IMG/VR virus record: IMGVR_UViG_3300015608_002795
Coordinates: 1 to 64,000 of that record
Reading direction: 5' to 3' (one strand)
DNA length: 64,000 nt
DNA from: a virus
Lineage: Duplodnaviria; Heunggongvirae; Uroviricota; Caudoviricetes
Shown here: positions 18,993 to 27,342 of the stretch, piece by piece
Layout of the letters: every line of letters starts with the position of its first letter
How positions within the stretch are numbered: the first letter of the stretch is position 1
Program-made: the position numbers and the translations under genes
The notes under the pieces: model-generated
Told to the model about the DNA's origin: nothing
The model's input: only the letters and a program-made list of their open reading frames with translations
Databases searched by the model: none

Positions 18993-19063
18993 GGTCTTGT
19001 CGGCTAATGGTAGGCTTCGTGGTTTTCACCCACGAGACGCGGGTTCGAATCCCGTCGAGACTA
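18993..19063 (+). tRNA. tRNA-Glu (UUC)
   Basis: acceptor GGTCTTG/CGAGACT; anticodon stem CGTGG/CCACG with loop TTTTCAC; T-arm GCGGG-TTCGAAT-CCCGT. Confidence 0.6.
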
Positions 19064-19068
19064 CAAAT

Positions 19069-19140
19069 GGTCCCGTCGTCTAATGGTTAGGACGTATCCC
19101 TTTCACGGATAAAATGCGAGTTCGATTCTCGTCGGGACTA
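19069..19140 (+). tRNA. tRNA-Glu (UUC), paralogue
   Basis: acceptor GGTCCCG/CGGGACT; anticodon stem TATCC/GGATA with loop CTTTCAC; T-arm GCGAG-TTCGATT-CTCGT. Confidence 0.6.
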
Positions 19141-19152
19141 CAAAGATTAAAT

Positions 19153-19228
19153 GCTGCCGTCGACTAGTGGTTTATGTCGCAAGACTTTCAATCTTGTGAG
19201 CCGAAGGGCTCTCGCGGGTTCGAATCCC
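19153..19228 (+). tRNA. tRNA, class-II architecture (variable arm GAGCC/GGCTC), anticodon loop CTTTCAA (UUC), A73, 3-bp D-stem
   Basis: acceptor GCTGCCG/CGGCAGT; anticodon stem CAAGA/TCTTG perfect; T-arm GCGGG-TTCGAAT-CCCGT. Confidence 0.55.
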
Positions 19229-19412
19229 GTCGGCAGTACAAAAGTAGTTATCAAAATATCCATTCGGTCAATGGTGACAGGCAATAGACCCTGATACTCC
19301 ATAATGAACGAGTAAAGCTACCTCAAAAGACGTTTTGAGACGCATCGCTTCCGATAGATAACTCACAAGTACTATTATATCATCCATTATGGGGTTTTGG
19401 GTACTTAAATTG

Positions 19413-19504
19413 GGTGGCGTTGCTACATCAGGTCTGTAAAACCTGTCTGCGTTAACAAAATGGTAGCTGGTCTGCAGTTTAGAGGTTCGATTCCTTCGTC
19501 ACCC
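19413..19504 (+). tRNA. tRNA-like, class-II length, GUA-type anticodon hairpin (CAGGT-CTGTAAA-ACCTG), irregular D region
   Basis: acceptor GGGTGGC/GTCACCC; T-arm AGAGG-TTCGATT-CCTTC; about 35 nt between anticodon and T stems. Confidence 0.3.
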
Positions 19505-19508
19505 ACAT

Positions 19509-19590
19509 GGATTGTTAGCAAAGCGGCAAAGTCGGGTGGCTGTAACCCACCTCCCTTCGGGGTCCGTAGGTTCGAGTCCTACACAATCCA
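19509..19590 (+). tRNA. tRNA-Tyr (GUA), class II
   Basis: acceptor GGATTGT/ACAATCC perfect; anticodon stem GGTGG/CCACC with loop CTGTAAC; T-arm GTAGG-TTCGAGT-CCTAC. Confidence 0.6.
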
Positions 19591-19595
19591 CAAAT

Positions 19596-19678
19596 TGGTA
19601 GATGGGCGAGTGGTTAATGCCGACAGTCTGTAAAACTGTTCTCCTTGGAGTTCGGGGGTTCAAATCCCTCTCTACCAA
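19596..19678 (+). tRNA. tRNA-Tyr (GUA), class II, T1:A72
   Basis: acceptor TGGTAGA/TCTACCA; anticodon stem ACAGT/ACTGT with loop CTGTAAA; T-arm GGGGG-TTCAAAT-CCCTC. Confidence 0.6.
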
Positions 19679-19744
19679 CCATACGTTGAAAAACAGCAGA
19701 TTTTTGGTCCGCAATGTTTAATATATAAAATAAAAATATTATAT

Positions 19745-20160
19745 ATGAAACAAAATCACAAGGATAAAATTTCTGATGATATTATTCTAAACTACTATAA
19801 AAATAATAAAACTTTACATGAATCTGCTTCTGAATTATCAATGACTGTTGTAAGTCTATGGAGGAGAGCTAAAAAGTTAAACATAAAATGGTCTGATAAA
19901 AAAAGACCAGCTCATAATAGAATTACTCTACAATAGACGGAAAAAAGCCTGATTATCAAACATTTAAATTAAAAAACCGTTTAATATCTGAAGGAATAAA
20001 AGAAAATAAGTGTGAAGTGTGTGGAATATTTGAGTGGAACAGCAGACCACTAATAATGCAATTAGATCACATAGATGGTAATTCACATAATCACTTACTA
20101 GAGAATTTAAGACTAATTTGTCCAAATTGTCACGCTCAAAGCGAAACATATTGTGGTAAA
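19745..20160 (+). pseudogene. HNH endonuclease split between two frames (HTH ORF 19745-19936, HNH domain 19921-20160)
   Basis: N-terminal HTH ORF ends ITLQ*; the +2 frame continues as '..CEVCGIFEWNSRPLIMQLDHIDGNSHNHLLENLRLICPNCHAQ', homologous to the intact HNH gene at 34131. Confidence 0.55.
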
Positions 20161-20210
20161 AATAAATAAAGTCAATTTTTTTTGTTATATTTACATGAAA
20201 AGTAAATAAA

Positions 20211-20939
20211 ATGGCAACATTCGAACAAAAAGATGTTATAGATACACTAATTGGATTTAAACACTACATTAAAAATACATCATTTTTAGGTGGCAAAGAT
20301 GTTATTAAACAAATATGCACGACTAAAGAATTAAATGACACTCTCGTTTACATTTTTAATCCTGATAAAATCACTTCTATATATAACTCTGATATTGAAA
20401 AATTCAATCGTATAAAATTTGAAAATATTGAAGAGTTTACAAATGAAACATACTTCAATAAAAAATTCCTCTATATAAAAGAATGTAACTATAATCTTAA
20501 AAAAATTGATTGTATATTCACACTAATGGATATAGAACCAAATTTTAGGAACTTATATCACACCTACTATAAACTAAAACATCTAGTATGGAATAGCACC
20601 GATGATATCAAAGATAATTTGATAGAATTTAGTGATGAAGCATACCGATATAATATATCATTGGTATCAATATCCGAACCAGTTGAACATACAGCTTGGA
20701 AAATTGTTGTCAAACAAGATAGAACAGATATTACCTTTCATACTCATATAATTAACACAATTAATCAAATCTCCAAAAGAGTAAATGGATATTGCTCAAT
20801 GAAAATATCTGATAATGCTTACGTATTCTATATACATCATATTAACTCAGATACAATTGCTCCTAATTGGAAATTCAAAAATCTATCACAACCCATATCC
20901 GACTGTATACCTGATTGGTATTATGATGGTGATAAATAA
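20211..20939 (+). CDS. hypothetical protein (242 aa)
   Basis: intact ORF. Confidence 0.5.
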   Translation: MATFEQKDVIDTLIGFKHYIKNTSFLGGKDVIKQICTTKELNDTLVYIFNPDKITSIYNSDIEKFNRIKFENIEEFTNETYFNKKFLYIKECNYNLKKIDCIFTLMDIEPNFRNLYHTYYKLKHLVWNSTDDIKDNLIEFSDEAYRYNISLVSISEPVEHTAWKIVVKQDRTDITFHTHIINTINQISKRVNGYCSMKISDNAYVFYIHHINSDTIAPNWKFKNLSQPISDCIPDWYYDGDK

Positions 20940-20965
20940 TTATAGTATATTTTAATATATACATT

Positions 20966-21442
20966 ATGAAATATTTATCATCATTTAAAATTTTTGAAGG
21001 AAAAAAGGTCACTTGTAAATGTGGTTGGGAATGGAATTTAGAAGAAGGAGGCAAAGATCCATACACCTGTCACAAATGTGGTAAGGTTAATGAGAAAATG
21101 AAGTGGACTAAATTTTTTAAAATTCTATCTTTTAAATATAGTTTTTTTGAAAATGATTATCGAATAATTACAGAAAAGGATCCAGAATTTAATGATTGTA
21201 TCTATGATTGCATTCTTTCAAAATATGAAAAAGATATAGTAGAAATCTATTCAGTAAAAAGGTTATCAGATGGTGAAATATTTACAGTAGGTGATCAACT
21301 ATTACTCGGTGGTGAAGATTATGTAAAAATTGATAAAATTTGGCCGTCATTTGATCAAATGAGAGCAGATAGTGGTAGACTAGGTTTGGCATTAAATAAT
21401 AAATTCCTTACCGTGTGGCATTTCAGCCGTAAAAAAAAATAA
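20966..21442 (+). CDS. hypothetical protein with zinc ribbon (CKCG..CHKCG)
   Basis: 'VTCKCGWEWNLEEGGKDPYTCHKCGKVN'. Confidence 0.5.
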   Translation: MKYLSSFKIFEGKKVTCKCGWEWNLEEGGKDPYTCHKCGKVNEKMKWTKFFKILSFKYSFFENDYRIITEKDPEFNDCIYDCILSKYEKDIVEIYSVKRLSDGEIFTVGDQLLLGGEDYVKIDKIWPSFDQMRADSGRLGLALNNKFLTVWHFSRKKK

Positions 21443-21481
21443 ACAAAAAGGGAAAATAAAAATATAATATATACATTTAAA

Positions 21482-21513
21482 TTTGGTGGTATAAAAAATC
21501 CACCGTATATTTG
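21482..21513 (+). promoter_or_regulatory. Bacteroidetes-type promoter (TTTGGTGG..CGTATATTTGTAA)
   Basis: precedes a non-coding stretch ending in twin terminator hairpins. Confidence 0.5.
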
Positions 21514-21626
21514 TAAAATAAAATTAAAATAAAATGAAACAGATACATAACATATCAGCGAAAATAGGGGGCGGCGCCGGAGCGTCTGTCAGTGGCTGAG
21601 CTATGTTATGATTTAAGATAATATAA

Positions 21627-21686
21627 AACCCAGTCACAAAAATGACTGGGATTTTTTTTACCCAGTCACCAAATGACTGGGTTTTT
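21627..21686 (+). terminator. tandem pair of near-identical terminator hairpins (CCCAGTCA..TGACTGGG, twice)
   Basis: 'AACCCAGTCACAAAAATGACTGGGATTTTTTTT' immediately followed by 'ACCCAGTCACCAAATGACTGGGTTTTT'. Confidence 0.55.
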
Positions 21687-21767
21687 CGATTTCGGCGGGT
21701 ATCGAGCCAAGCTTATACCTTGGATATTCGTAGCGGGAAATGGAAGACGTGGGTTCGAATCCCACCC
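21682..21767 (+). tRNA. tRNA (candidate UAU anticodon hairpin CCAAG-CTTATAC-CTTGG); D region irregular
   Basis: acceptor CGGCGGG/CCCGCCG perfect; T-arm GTGGG-TTCGAAT-CCCAC. Confidence 0.4.
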
Positions 21768-21791
21768 CGCCGACAAAAATAATTTTTAGAA

Positions 21792-22277
21792 ATGAAAATT
21801 TGCACAAATTGTAATAAAGAGAAAAGTGTTAGTGAATTTTATTTTAAAAAGAATAGGAATTCTTATGAATCATCTTGTAAAAAATGTAGACAATTATCAG
21901 TTAAAAATTATTTAGAAAAAAATAACAATCTTAAAAAAATATTTTATACAAGAGTAAGAAATATTTTAAAAAGATCTAATGTAGTAGATATCGATTTAAG
22001 AAACTATCTAATACAATTATGGGAGGAACAAGAAGGAAAATGTTACTATACTGGTATTAAAATGTCTCTAAAGGGATATAGTAAAAATGAAAAAACAGCT
22101 ATGACTGTAGATAGAATTGATCCAAATGGTGGATATACTAGAGGTAATATAGTTCTATGTTGTTCAATTGTTAATAAAATTAAACAAAACTTATCAATTA
22201 ATGAATTATTAGAATGGTGTAATTTAATAAAAATATCAAGCGAGTATCGTATAATGGAAGCGAAAGCTATATTATAG
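21792..22277 (+). CDS. HNH endonuclease
   Basis: 'CTNCNKEKS..SCKKCR' Zn ribbon; 'GKCYYTGIKM..VDRIDPNGGYTRGNIVLCCSIVNKIK' HNH core. Confidence 0.7.
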   Translation: MKICTNCNKEKSVSEFYFKKNRNSYESSCKKCRQLSVKNYLEKNNNLKKIFYTRVRNILKRSNVVDIDLRNYLIQLWEEQEGKCYYTGIKMSLKGYSKNEKTAMTVDRIDPNGGYTRGNIVLCCSIVNKIKQNLSINELLEWCNLIKISSEYRIMEAKAIL

Positions 22278-22339
22278 GTGCCTTCCAAGCATCGGATGTC
22301 GGTTCGATTCCGACTATTCGCTCAAAAAATAAAGTAAAA

Positions 22340-22546
22340 ATGAGTATTTACGCAACAAATTTTATCATAGATGAAGAGACAGGAGAAGCAAAACTTGTTA
22401 AACATCTAAATAAAAAAAGAATTGATCGATGCACGGCTTCAATACCACCAGGTGGCTGGAATAAAAAAGGATCAAAACAAAAAGAAAAAAAATTTTGGAA
22501 TAGAGGCAAAACAAAAGATTTAACAAATTACTCAAAGAATTGTTAA
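22340..22546 (+). CDS. hypothetical small protein (68 aa)
   Basis: intact ORF. Confidence 0.3.
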   Translation: MSIYATNFIIDEETGEAKLVKHLNKKRIDRCTASIPPGGWNKKGSKQKEKKFWNRGKTKDLTNYSKNC

Positions 22547-22695
22547 ATAAAATTGACTAAAATATGGGGGTTGGGACTGCAGCAGGAGTGGTCACTTGAC
22601 TTGCAATCAAGAAATCAGATGGTATCGTCCACCATAACCTCCACCATAGGGTCTGAGGGAGTCCCTTAAACGGATAAATAACGTGTCCCTCTCCA

Positions 22696-22769
22696 GCGGG
22701 TGACGCATAAATGATGGTGCACCAGATTGCCATTCTGGAACAGAGCCGGTTTGATCCCGGTCACCCGCA
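22696..22769 (+). tRNA. tRNA-Gly (GCC)
   Basis: acceptor GCGGGTG/CACCCGC perfect; anticodon stem CCAGA/TCTGG with loop TTGCCAT; T-arm GCCGG-TTTGATC-CCGGT. Confidence 0.65.
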
Positions 22770-22818
22770 CAACCGAAAATAGGGAAACGCTCATAATTAA
22801 TATATAAAAATAAAAATT

Positions 22819-23463
22819 ATGAGATGGTCCCAATTAGAAGTAGAAAATATTATAGAATTAATTAAATGTGGAAAAAGCTATAAAGAAATATCAAGTATTG
22901 TAAATAGAACAGAGTCTAGTATAAGAAACAAAGCAAATGAAATTCAAATTATAACTTCACAATATTATCAAGTTAAAATTGTTAATAAATCTTGCTTAGA
23001 GTGTTCTTCAACTTTTGATTCTTTAGAGTATGAAAATAGAAAATTTTGCTCAAAATCTTGTAGCATAAAACACAATAATAGGTTAAGAAAAAAAAGTAAA
23101 TTTTGTTATAATTGTAAAAATATTTTATCAATAAGACAAAAAAAATTTTGTTGTAGGGAATGTAATAATTCATACAACAAGAATAAAATTTTTGAAAGAA
23201 TATCAAATGGCGACACATCAATATACTTTCAACAATATAAAAAATATTTAATTGAAAAATATGGTGAAAAATGTATGAAATGTGGATGGTCTGAAAGAAA
23301 TCCAATAACAAAAAAAGTTCCTATACAAATGGAACATATAGATGGAAATTCAGAAAATAACAGTATAGAAAATTTAGAATTATTATGTCCAAATTGTCAC
23401 TCATTAACACCAACATTTGGGGCCTTAAATAAAGGCAGAGGAAGAAAAAATAGAAAAAGATAA
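22819..23463 (+). CDS. HNH homing endonuclease (N-terminal HTH, Cys-rich middle, C-terminal HNH)
   Basis: 'MEHIDGNSENNSIENLELLCPNCHSLTPTFG'; paralogue of 32586-33254. Confidence 0.8.
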   Translation: MRWSQLEVENIIELIKCGKSYKEISSIVNRTESSIRNKANEIQIITSQYYQVKIVNKSCLECSSTFDSLEYENRKFCSKSCSIKHNNRLRKKSKFCYNCKNILSIRQKKFCCRECNNSYNKNKIFERISNGDTSIYFQQYKKYLIEKYGEKCMKCGWSERNPITKKVPIQMEHIDGNSENNSIENLELLCPNCHSLTPTFGALNKGRGRKNRKR

Positions 23464-23544
23464 ACCAGGAGAGTAAATCCTATACTGAGAATGTTCCGGG
23501 TGTGGTTGCCTAGTTCGATGGTGTAAGTGTAGGGATCTCCATTT

Positions 23545-23610
23545 GGGGGATTAGCTCAGTTGGCTAGAGCACCTGCCTTGGGTCATCGGTTCGAATCCGA
23601 TATCCTCCAC
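23545..23610 (+). tRNA. truncated tRNA-Pro(UGG)-like gene (3' half of anticodon stem and variable loop missing)
   Basis: GGGGGAT-TA-GCTC-AGTTGGCTA-GAGC-A-CCTGC-CTTGGGT then directly T-arm CATCGG-TTCGAAT-CCGAT and ATCCTCC; 63 nt instead of about 73. Confidence 0.4.
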
Positions 23611-24486
23611 TATGAAAGGAGAAATCATGCGGGACGCATAAACGTCACAGAGGAGTATAAATCTTTCTGTGACTCAAAAGGAATCAAATTCCAAATGGAT
23701 GATAATGTAAAATCCTATGATGATACAACACTATTTTGTCCAGCTGGAATGCAACAGTTTAAGTCTAAGTTTAAAGACTTAAGCTACAAAGGAACAATAT
23801 CAAATATTCAATCTTGTTTAAGGTTGAATGATATAGAAGAAATTGGTGACGGAACACATTTACTCTACTTTAACATGATTGGACTTTTTTCATTCAGAGA
23901 GTTGAGTCTATCAGAAACAATTGATTTTTGGATAGAATTTTTAAATAAAATAGGAATAATTCCTGACTATGTAACAATCCATCCTAATAAATTAAATTGG
24001 GGAGAGTGGTATAAAAAACATAATGTAGAAATAAGAATAGACGAGGAATGTAAATGGACAGATGGTGAAATAGGTGGTTACTGTACTGAGTTTTATAAGA
24101 ATGGTATTGAAATAGGAAATATTGTAAATACCATGGATAATTGTATAGATGTTGGATTTGGATTGGAAAGAATTGAAATGGTATTAAATGGTAAAGGAAA
24201 ATCTAAAGAGGAAACCCTTACACAAACAATACTTAAAATAATTGAAAGTGGATTTAAGCCAACATACAATAAACAAGGTTCTTTATTGCGTAGGTTATTG
24301 AGGATATGTTATTTACAAAATATTGAAATTAATCATCAATATTATTTGGATGAAATAAAAAGGCAGGAAAGGATATTAGAAAAGTGGAATAGGTTAAAGG
24401 ATAAGCATAAAGACAAGTCAAAAGATTGGTGGTGGAATACACATGGAATTGACATAAATCAAATAGAAGATGGAGACATTATATAA
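23560..24486 (+). CDS. alanyl-tRNA synthetase catalytic (aminoacylation) domain only, ~300 aa; start codon unclear
   Basis: 'TTLFCPAGMQQFK', 'RLNDIEEIGDGTHLLYFNMIGLFSF', 'DGEIGGYCTEFY' and 'IDVGFGLERIEMVL' align with AlaRS motifs; no editing or C-Ala domain; the only in-frame ATG lies inside the truncated tRNA. Confidence 0.65.
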   Translation: MARAPALGHRFESDILHYERRNHAGRINVTEEYKSFCDSKGIKFQMDDNVKSYDDTTLFCPAGMQQFKSKFKDLSYKGTISNIQSCLRLNDIEEIGDGTHLLYFNMIGLFSFRELSLSETIDFWIEFLNKIGIIPDYVTIHPNKLNWGEWYKKHNVEIRIDEECKWTDGEIGGYCTEFYKNGIEIGNIVNTMDNCIDVGFGLERIEMVLNGKGKSKEETLTQTILKIIESGFKPTYNKQGSLLRRLLRICYLQNIEINHQYYLDEIKRQERILEKWNRLKDKHKDKSKDWWWNTHGIDINQIEDGDII

Positions 24487-25190
24487 TATAAATAGTTTAG
24501 TTTTTTGGGAAGAAAAAGATATTAGAATAAGAAGATTTATTGAAGATTCGATCAAAGAAGAAATGAAATCTATTCTTCTTTCTCAAAATTCAGCGTGGAA
24601 ATTTTATCAAATTGAAGCACCTTGTTTGATTCCAATTGATTTAATCAATCCGAATTATACGAGTGAAGATATATGGATTCAAGAGGATAAGGAGTTAGTT
24701 TTAAAACCAGAGACTACACCAAGTTCTTACGTATATGCTCAACACCTACTTAATTCTAATAGATGCTTACCACCACTTGTGGTTTGGCAAACATCTAAAT
24801 CATTTAGAAGAGAGCAAGATCAGGTTCTTAAAAACATGAGACTGAAGGAGTTTTATCAACAAGAGTTTCAATGTATATATGCTTCTGATACTTTGAATGA
24901 CTATCAGGAAAAGGTATTAGAACCTTCTAATTGCTTTGCCAGCAAGAATTGTTGAAAGTGATAGATTACCCTCTTATAGTTTAAGAACGATGGATATTGA
25001 AGTTTTTAATGATGATAAATGGATGGAAGTTTGTTCAATATCGAAGAGGACAGATTTTCCACAAAAAGCTAGAATTCATGTAAAAGATAGAGTTATAGAA
25101 AAAGACTTATTAGTACTTGAAATAGCTTTAGGTTCGGATAGGTTATTGTATAATTATTTGGAGAGAACAAAAAAAAGTCGTATATTGTAA
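24470..25190 (+). pseudogene. class-II aaRS-like catalytic core interrupted by a frameshift (ORFs 24470-24955 and 24936-25190)
   Basis: 'LKPETTPSSY..LPPLVVWQTSKSFRREQDQVLKNMRLKEFYQQEF' resembles class-II motif 2; the downstream frame carries the motif-3-like 'EIALGSDRLLY'. Confidence 0.45.
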
Positions 25191-25191
25191 T

Positions 25192-25419
25192 ATGAAATTA
25201 TACAAGGTAACATTTGACGACGGTGGGTGGCACACCAATTTACCAAGTTACACTATTGTAGCAGAAAGTAAAGAAGATGCTATGAAAAAAGCAAGAGAAG
25301 ACACTCACTATAATCAGTGGGACTGTTGGGCTTATGAGTTTAAAATTGAAGGATATGTAATCGAGGTGTATGATGAAAAGTCATATAACCGCGATAAAAA
25401 AATTAAAGAAGTATTATGA
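25192..25419 (+). CDS. hypothetical protein (75 aa)
   Basis: intact ORF. Confidence 0.4.
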   Translation: MKLYKVTFDDGGWHTNLPSYTIVAESKEDAMKKAREDTHYNQWDCWAYEFKIEGYVIEVYDEKSYNRDKKIKEVL

Positions 25420-25637
25420 ACAAGAATGAACTTAAAAAATTTTTATATTTGAATAAACCAGTCGCTGTTTTTCAATATATGAGAAAAGGATCAGCTTATT
25501 ACAAATCAGTAGTTGGTGATGTTGAATTAATTTACAACATTCCATTTGAGGACATGGCAGGAGATGCAGATTTTCTACCAGAAATGGAGGGTAAATTTTT
25601 AGCAAGGTGGGTTGATGAAAGTTTAAGCACTACTTAA
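25416..25637 (+). CDS. hypothetical protein (73 aa)
   Basis: coupled ORF. Confidence 0.4.
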   Translation: MNKNELKKFLYLNKPVAVFQYMRKGSAYYKSVVGDVELIYNIPFEDMAGDADFLPEMEGKFLARWVDESLSTT

Positions 25638-25648
25638 TAAATAAAAAA

Positions 25649-25721
25649 GCGGAAGTAGCTCATTTGGTAGAGCACCGTCCTTCCAAGTCGGGGGTGGCCG
25701 GTTCGAGCCCGGTCTTCCGCT
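25649..25721 (+). tRNA. tRNA-Gly (UCC)
   Basis: acceptor GCGGAAG/CTTCCGC perfect; anticodon stem CCGTC/GTCGG with loop CTTCCAA; T-arm GCCGG-TTCGAGC-CCGGT. Confidence 0.65.
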
Positions 25722-25844
25722 CCAAAACGGATTTGCAACCCGTTATTTTTAAAAACATATCATTTTTCTTTGTCAAAAGGAGGATAAAAAGATTCTCTAG
25801 GAGAACGAATTAATTTAATATATAATGTTAAATTAATTCGTTCT

Positions 25845-26564
25845 GTGATATTACAAGATATATCCAATTTAAAAGTCGTTGATGTAGTTGATGTTATTTG
25901 TGATAATTGTAATCTACAATTCACAAGAACTTTAAAAAATATTAAATCATTTCGCCCAAAGTGGGATGGTAAAGATATTTGTAGAAACTGCTCTTTTATT
26001 TTGTCTGCACATAAAAAGCCACAGTGTAATAAGGAATATTGGAAGGACTCAAATGTTAAATCTAAGCACGGATTATCTATTAAATCAAGTGATATTTATT
26101 ATGAGTCTATAAAAAATAGACCAAGTATATGTGGAAAAGACAATCCAATGTATGGTAAAAAAATGTCAGATACTACTAAAAGTAAAATGTCACTTGCTAG
26201 AACAGGTAAAATAGGTGAGAATGCTACGGCTTGGAAAGGTGGTAAAGTTTCTATCACCAGACTGGTAAAAGGATTTCAAAATAGAAATGGTTGGTATAAA
26301 AAAATATATGAGAGAGATGGATTTAAATGTGTTTATTGTGGTTCTAAAGATAAAATAGAAGCTCATCATAAGATTCCGATTAAAAATATCATAGATTTAC
26401 ACAAGCTCGAATTTAATAATAATGAAGATTTATATAAATTTTTAATATCCTTGGATATAATATTAGACTCTAATTTAGAAAATGGTATTACTTTATGCAG
26501 AGAGTGTCATAAAAAAGAACATATTAATTTTGGTAGTCGCTACCCAATTGTTAAACACCAGTAA
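25845..26564 (+). CDS. HNH homing endonuclease with NUMOD3 repeats
   Basis: 'CGKDNPMYGKKMSDTTKSKMSLARTGK' and 'CVYCGSKDKIEAHHKIP..NGITLCRECHKKEH'; start flanked by a perfect 15-bp inverted repeat. Confidence 0.75.
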   Translation: MILQDISNLKVVDVVDVICDNCNLQFTRTLKNIKSFRPKWDGKDICRNCSFILSAHKKPQCNKEYWKDSNVKSKHGLSIKSSDIYYESIKNRPSICGKDNPMYGKKMSDTTKSKMSLARTGKIGENATAWKGGKVSITRLVKGFQNRNGWYKKIYERDGFKCVYCGSKDKIEAHHKIPIKNIIDLHKLEFNNNEDLYKFLISLDIILDSNLENGITLCRECHKKEHINFGSRYPIVKHQ

Positions 26565-26658
26565 CTCATAACCGGGTTTTATTTATTAGGTTATAAGATT
26601 AAAAATTAGTCAACGTGAGATCGAAAACAAAAAAATAAACAACTGTACTATTATACAG

Positions 26659-27333
26659 GTTGGTGATTTCGGTATTGGGACTACTAGCAGAGATAATTGT
26701 GATAGAATACTTAAAGATTTAAATGATTTTTTAAATCTTTATGATATTACTATGTATGTTATTCGTGGAAATCATGATGATCCATTTTACTTTAAGGGAG
26801 ATCATATTTTTAGTAATCTTAAATTATTACCCGATTATACTCAAATAGAAGTTGATGGTTATAACATCCTTTTTGTTGGTGGTGCAGTTTCTGTAGATAG
26901 AAAAGTAAGCCTATCCAAAATGCAACTTGCAGCTAGTGTGGGAATAAAACAAAATCTATACTGGTTTGATGAGGCATTTGTACTAGATGAAAATAAGTTA
27001 AAGGACATCAAAAATGTTAATATGGTTGTAACACATACTGCTCCTGAATGGTGTTTTCCAGATAATCGAAGCGGATTCAATGATTTTGTTCTTGGTTTTT
27101 CTGATCGTGATGATAGATTGCTTGATGATTTAAAACATGAAAGAGCTATAGTAACTAAAATGTTTAAGATTCTTAAAGAGAATGGAAATAATATTATCAA
27201 ACATTATTATGGACATTTTCATAGAAGTGAAATAACTTTAAATGGATATACTGAACATATTTTACTTGGAGTTGGTGAATTTCAAATGGTTGACCAACCA
27301 ACTGAGCAAGACTATGAAGCATTATTTAACTAG
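26659..27333 (+). CDS. calcineurin-like metallophosphoesterase (no in-frame ATG before the GDxG motif)
   Basis: 'VGDFGIG', 'IRGNHDD', 'VTHTAP' and 'GHFH' motifs; the frame is open from 26590 but the first ATG is at 26752. Confidence 0.65.
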   Translation, partial: VGDFGIGTTSRDNCDRILKDLNDFLNLYDITMYVIRGNHDDPFYFKGDHIFSNLKLLPDYTQIEVDGYNILFVGGAVSVDRKVSLSKMQLAASVGIKQNLYWFDEAFVLDENKLKDIKNVNMVVTHTAPEWCFPDNRSGFNDFVLGFSDRDDRLLDDLKHERAIVTKMFKILKENGNNIIKHYYGHFHRSEITLNGYTEHILLGVGEFQMVDQPTEQDYEALFN

Positions 27334-27342
27334 AAATATAAA

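Noticed and set aside
22560-22800. tmRNA (ssrA) candidate combining the structured element and tRNA-Gly
   Set aside because: There is no tag-peptide ORF with an alanine-rich end, no pseudoknot-length body of about 350 nt, and the acceptor/T-arm pairing of the upstream element cannot be made.
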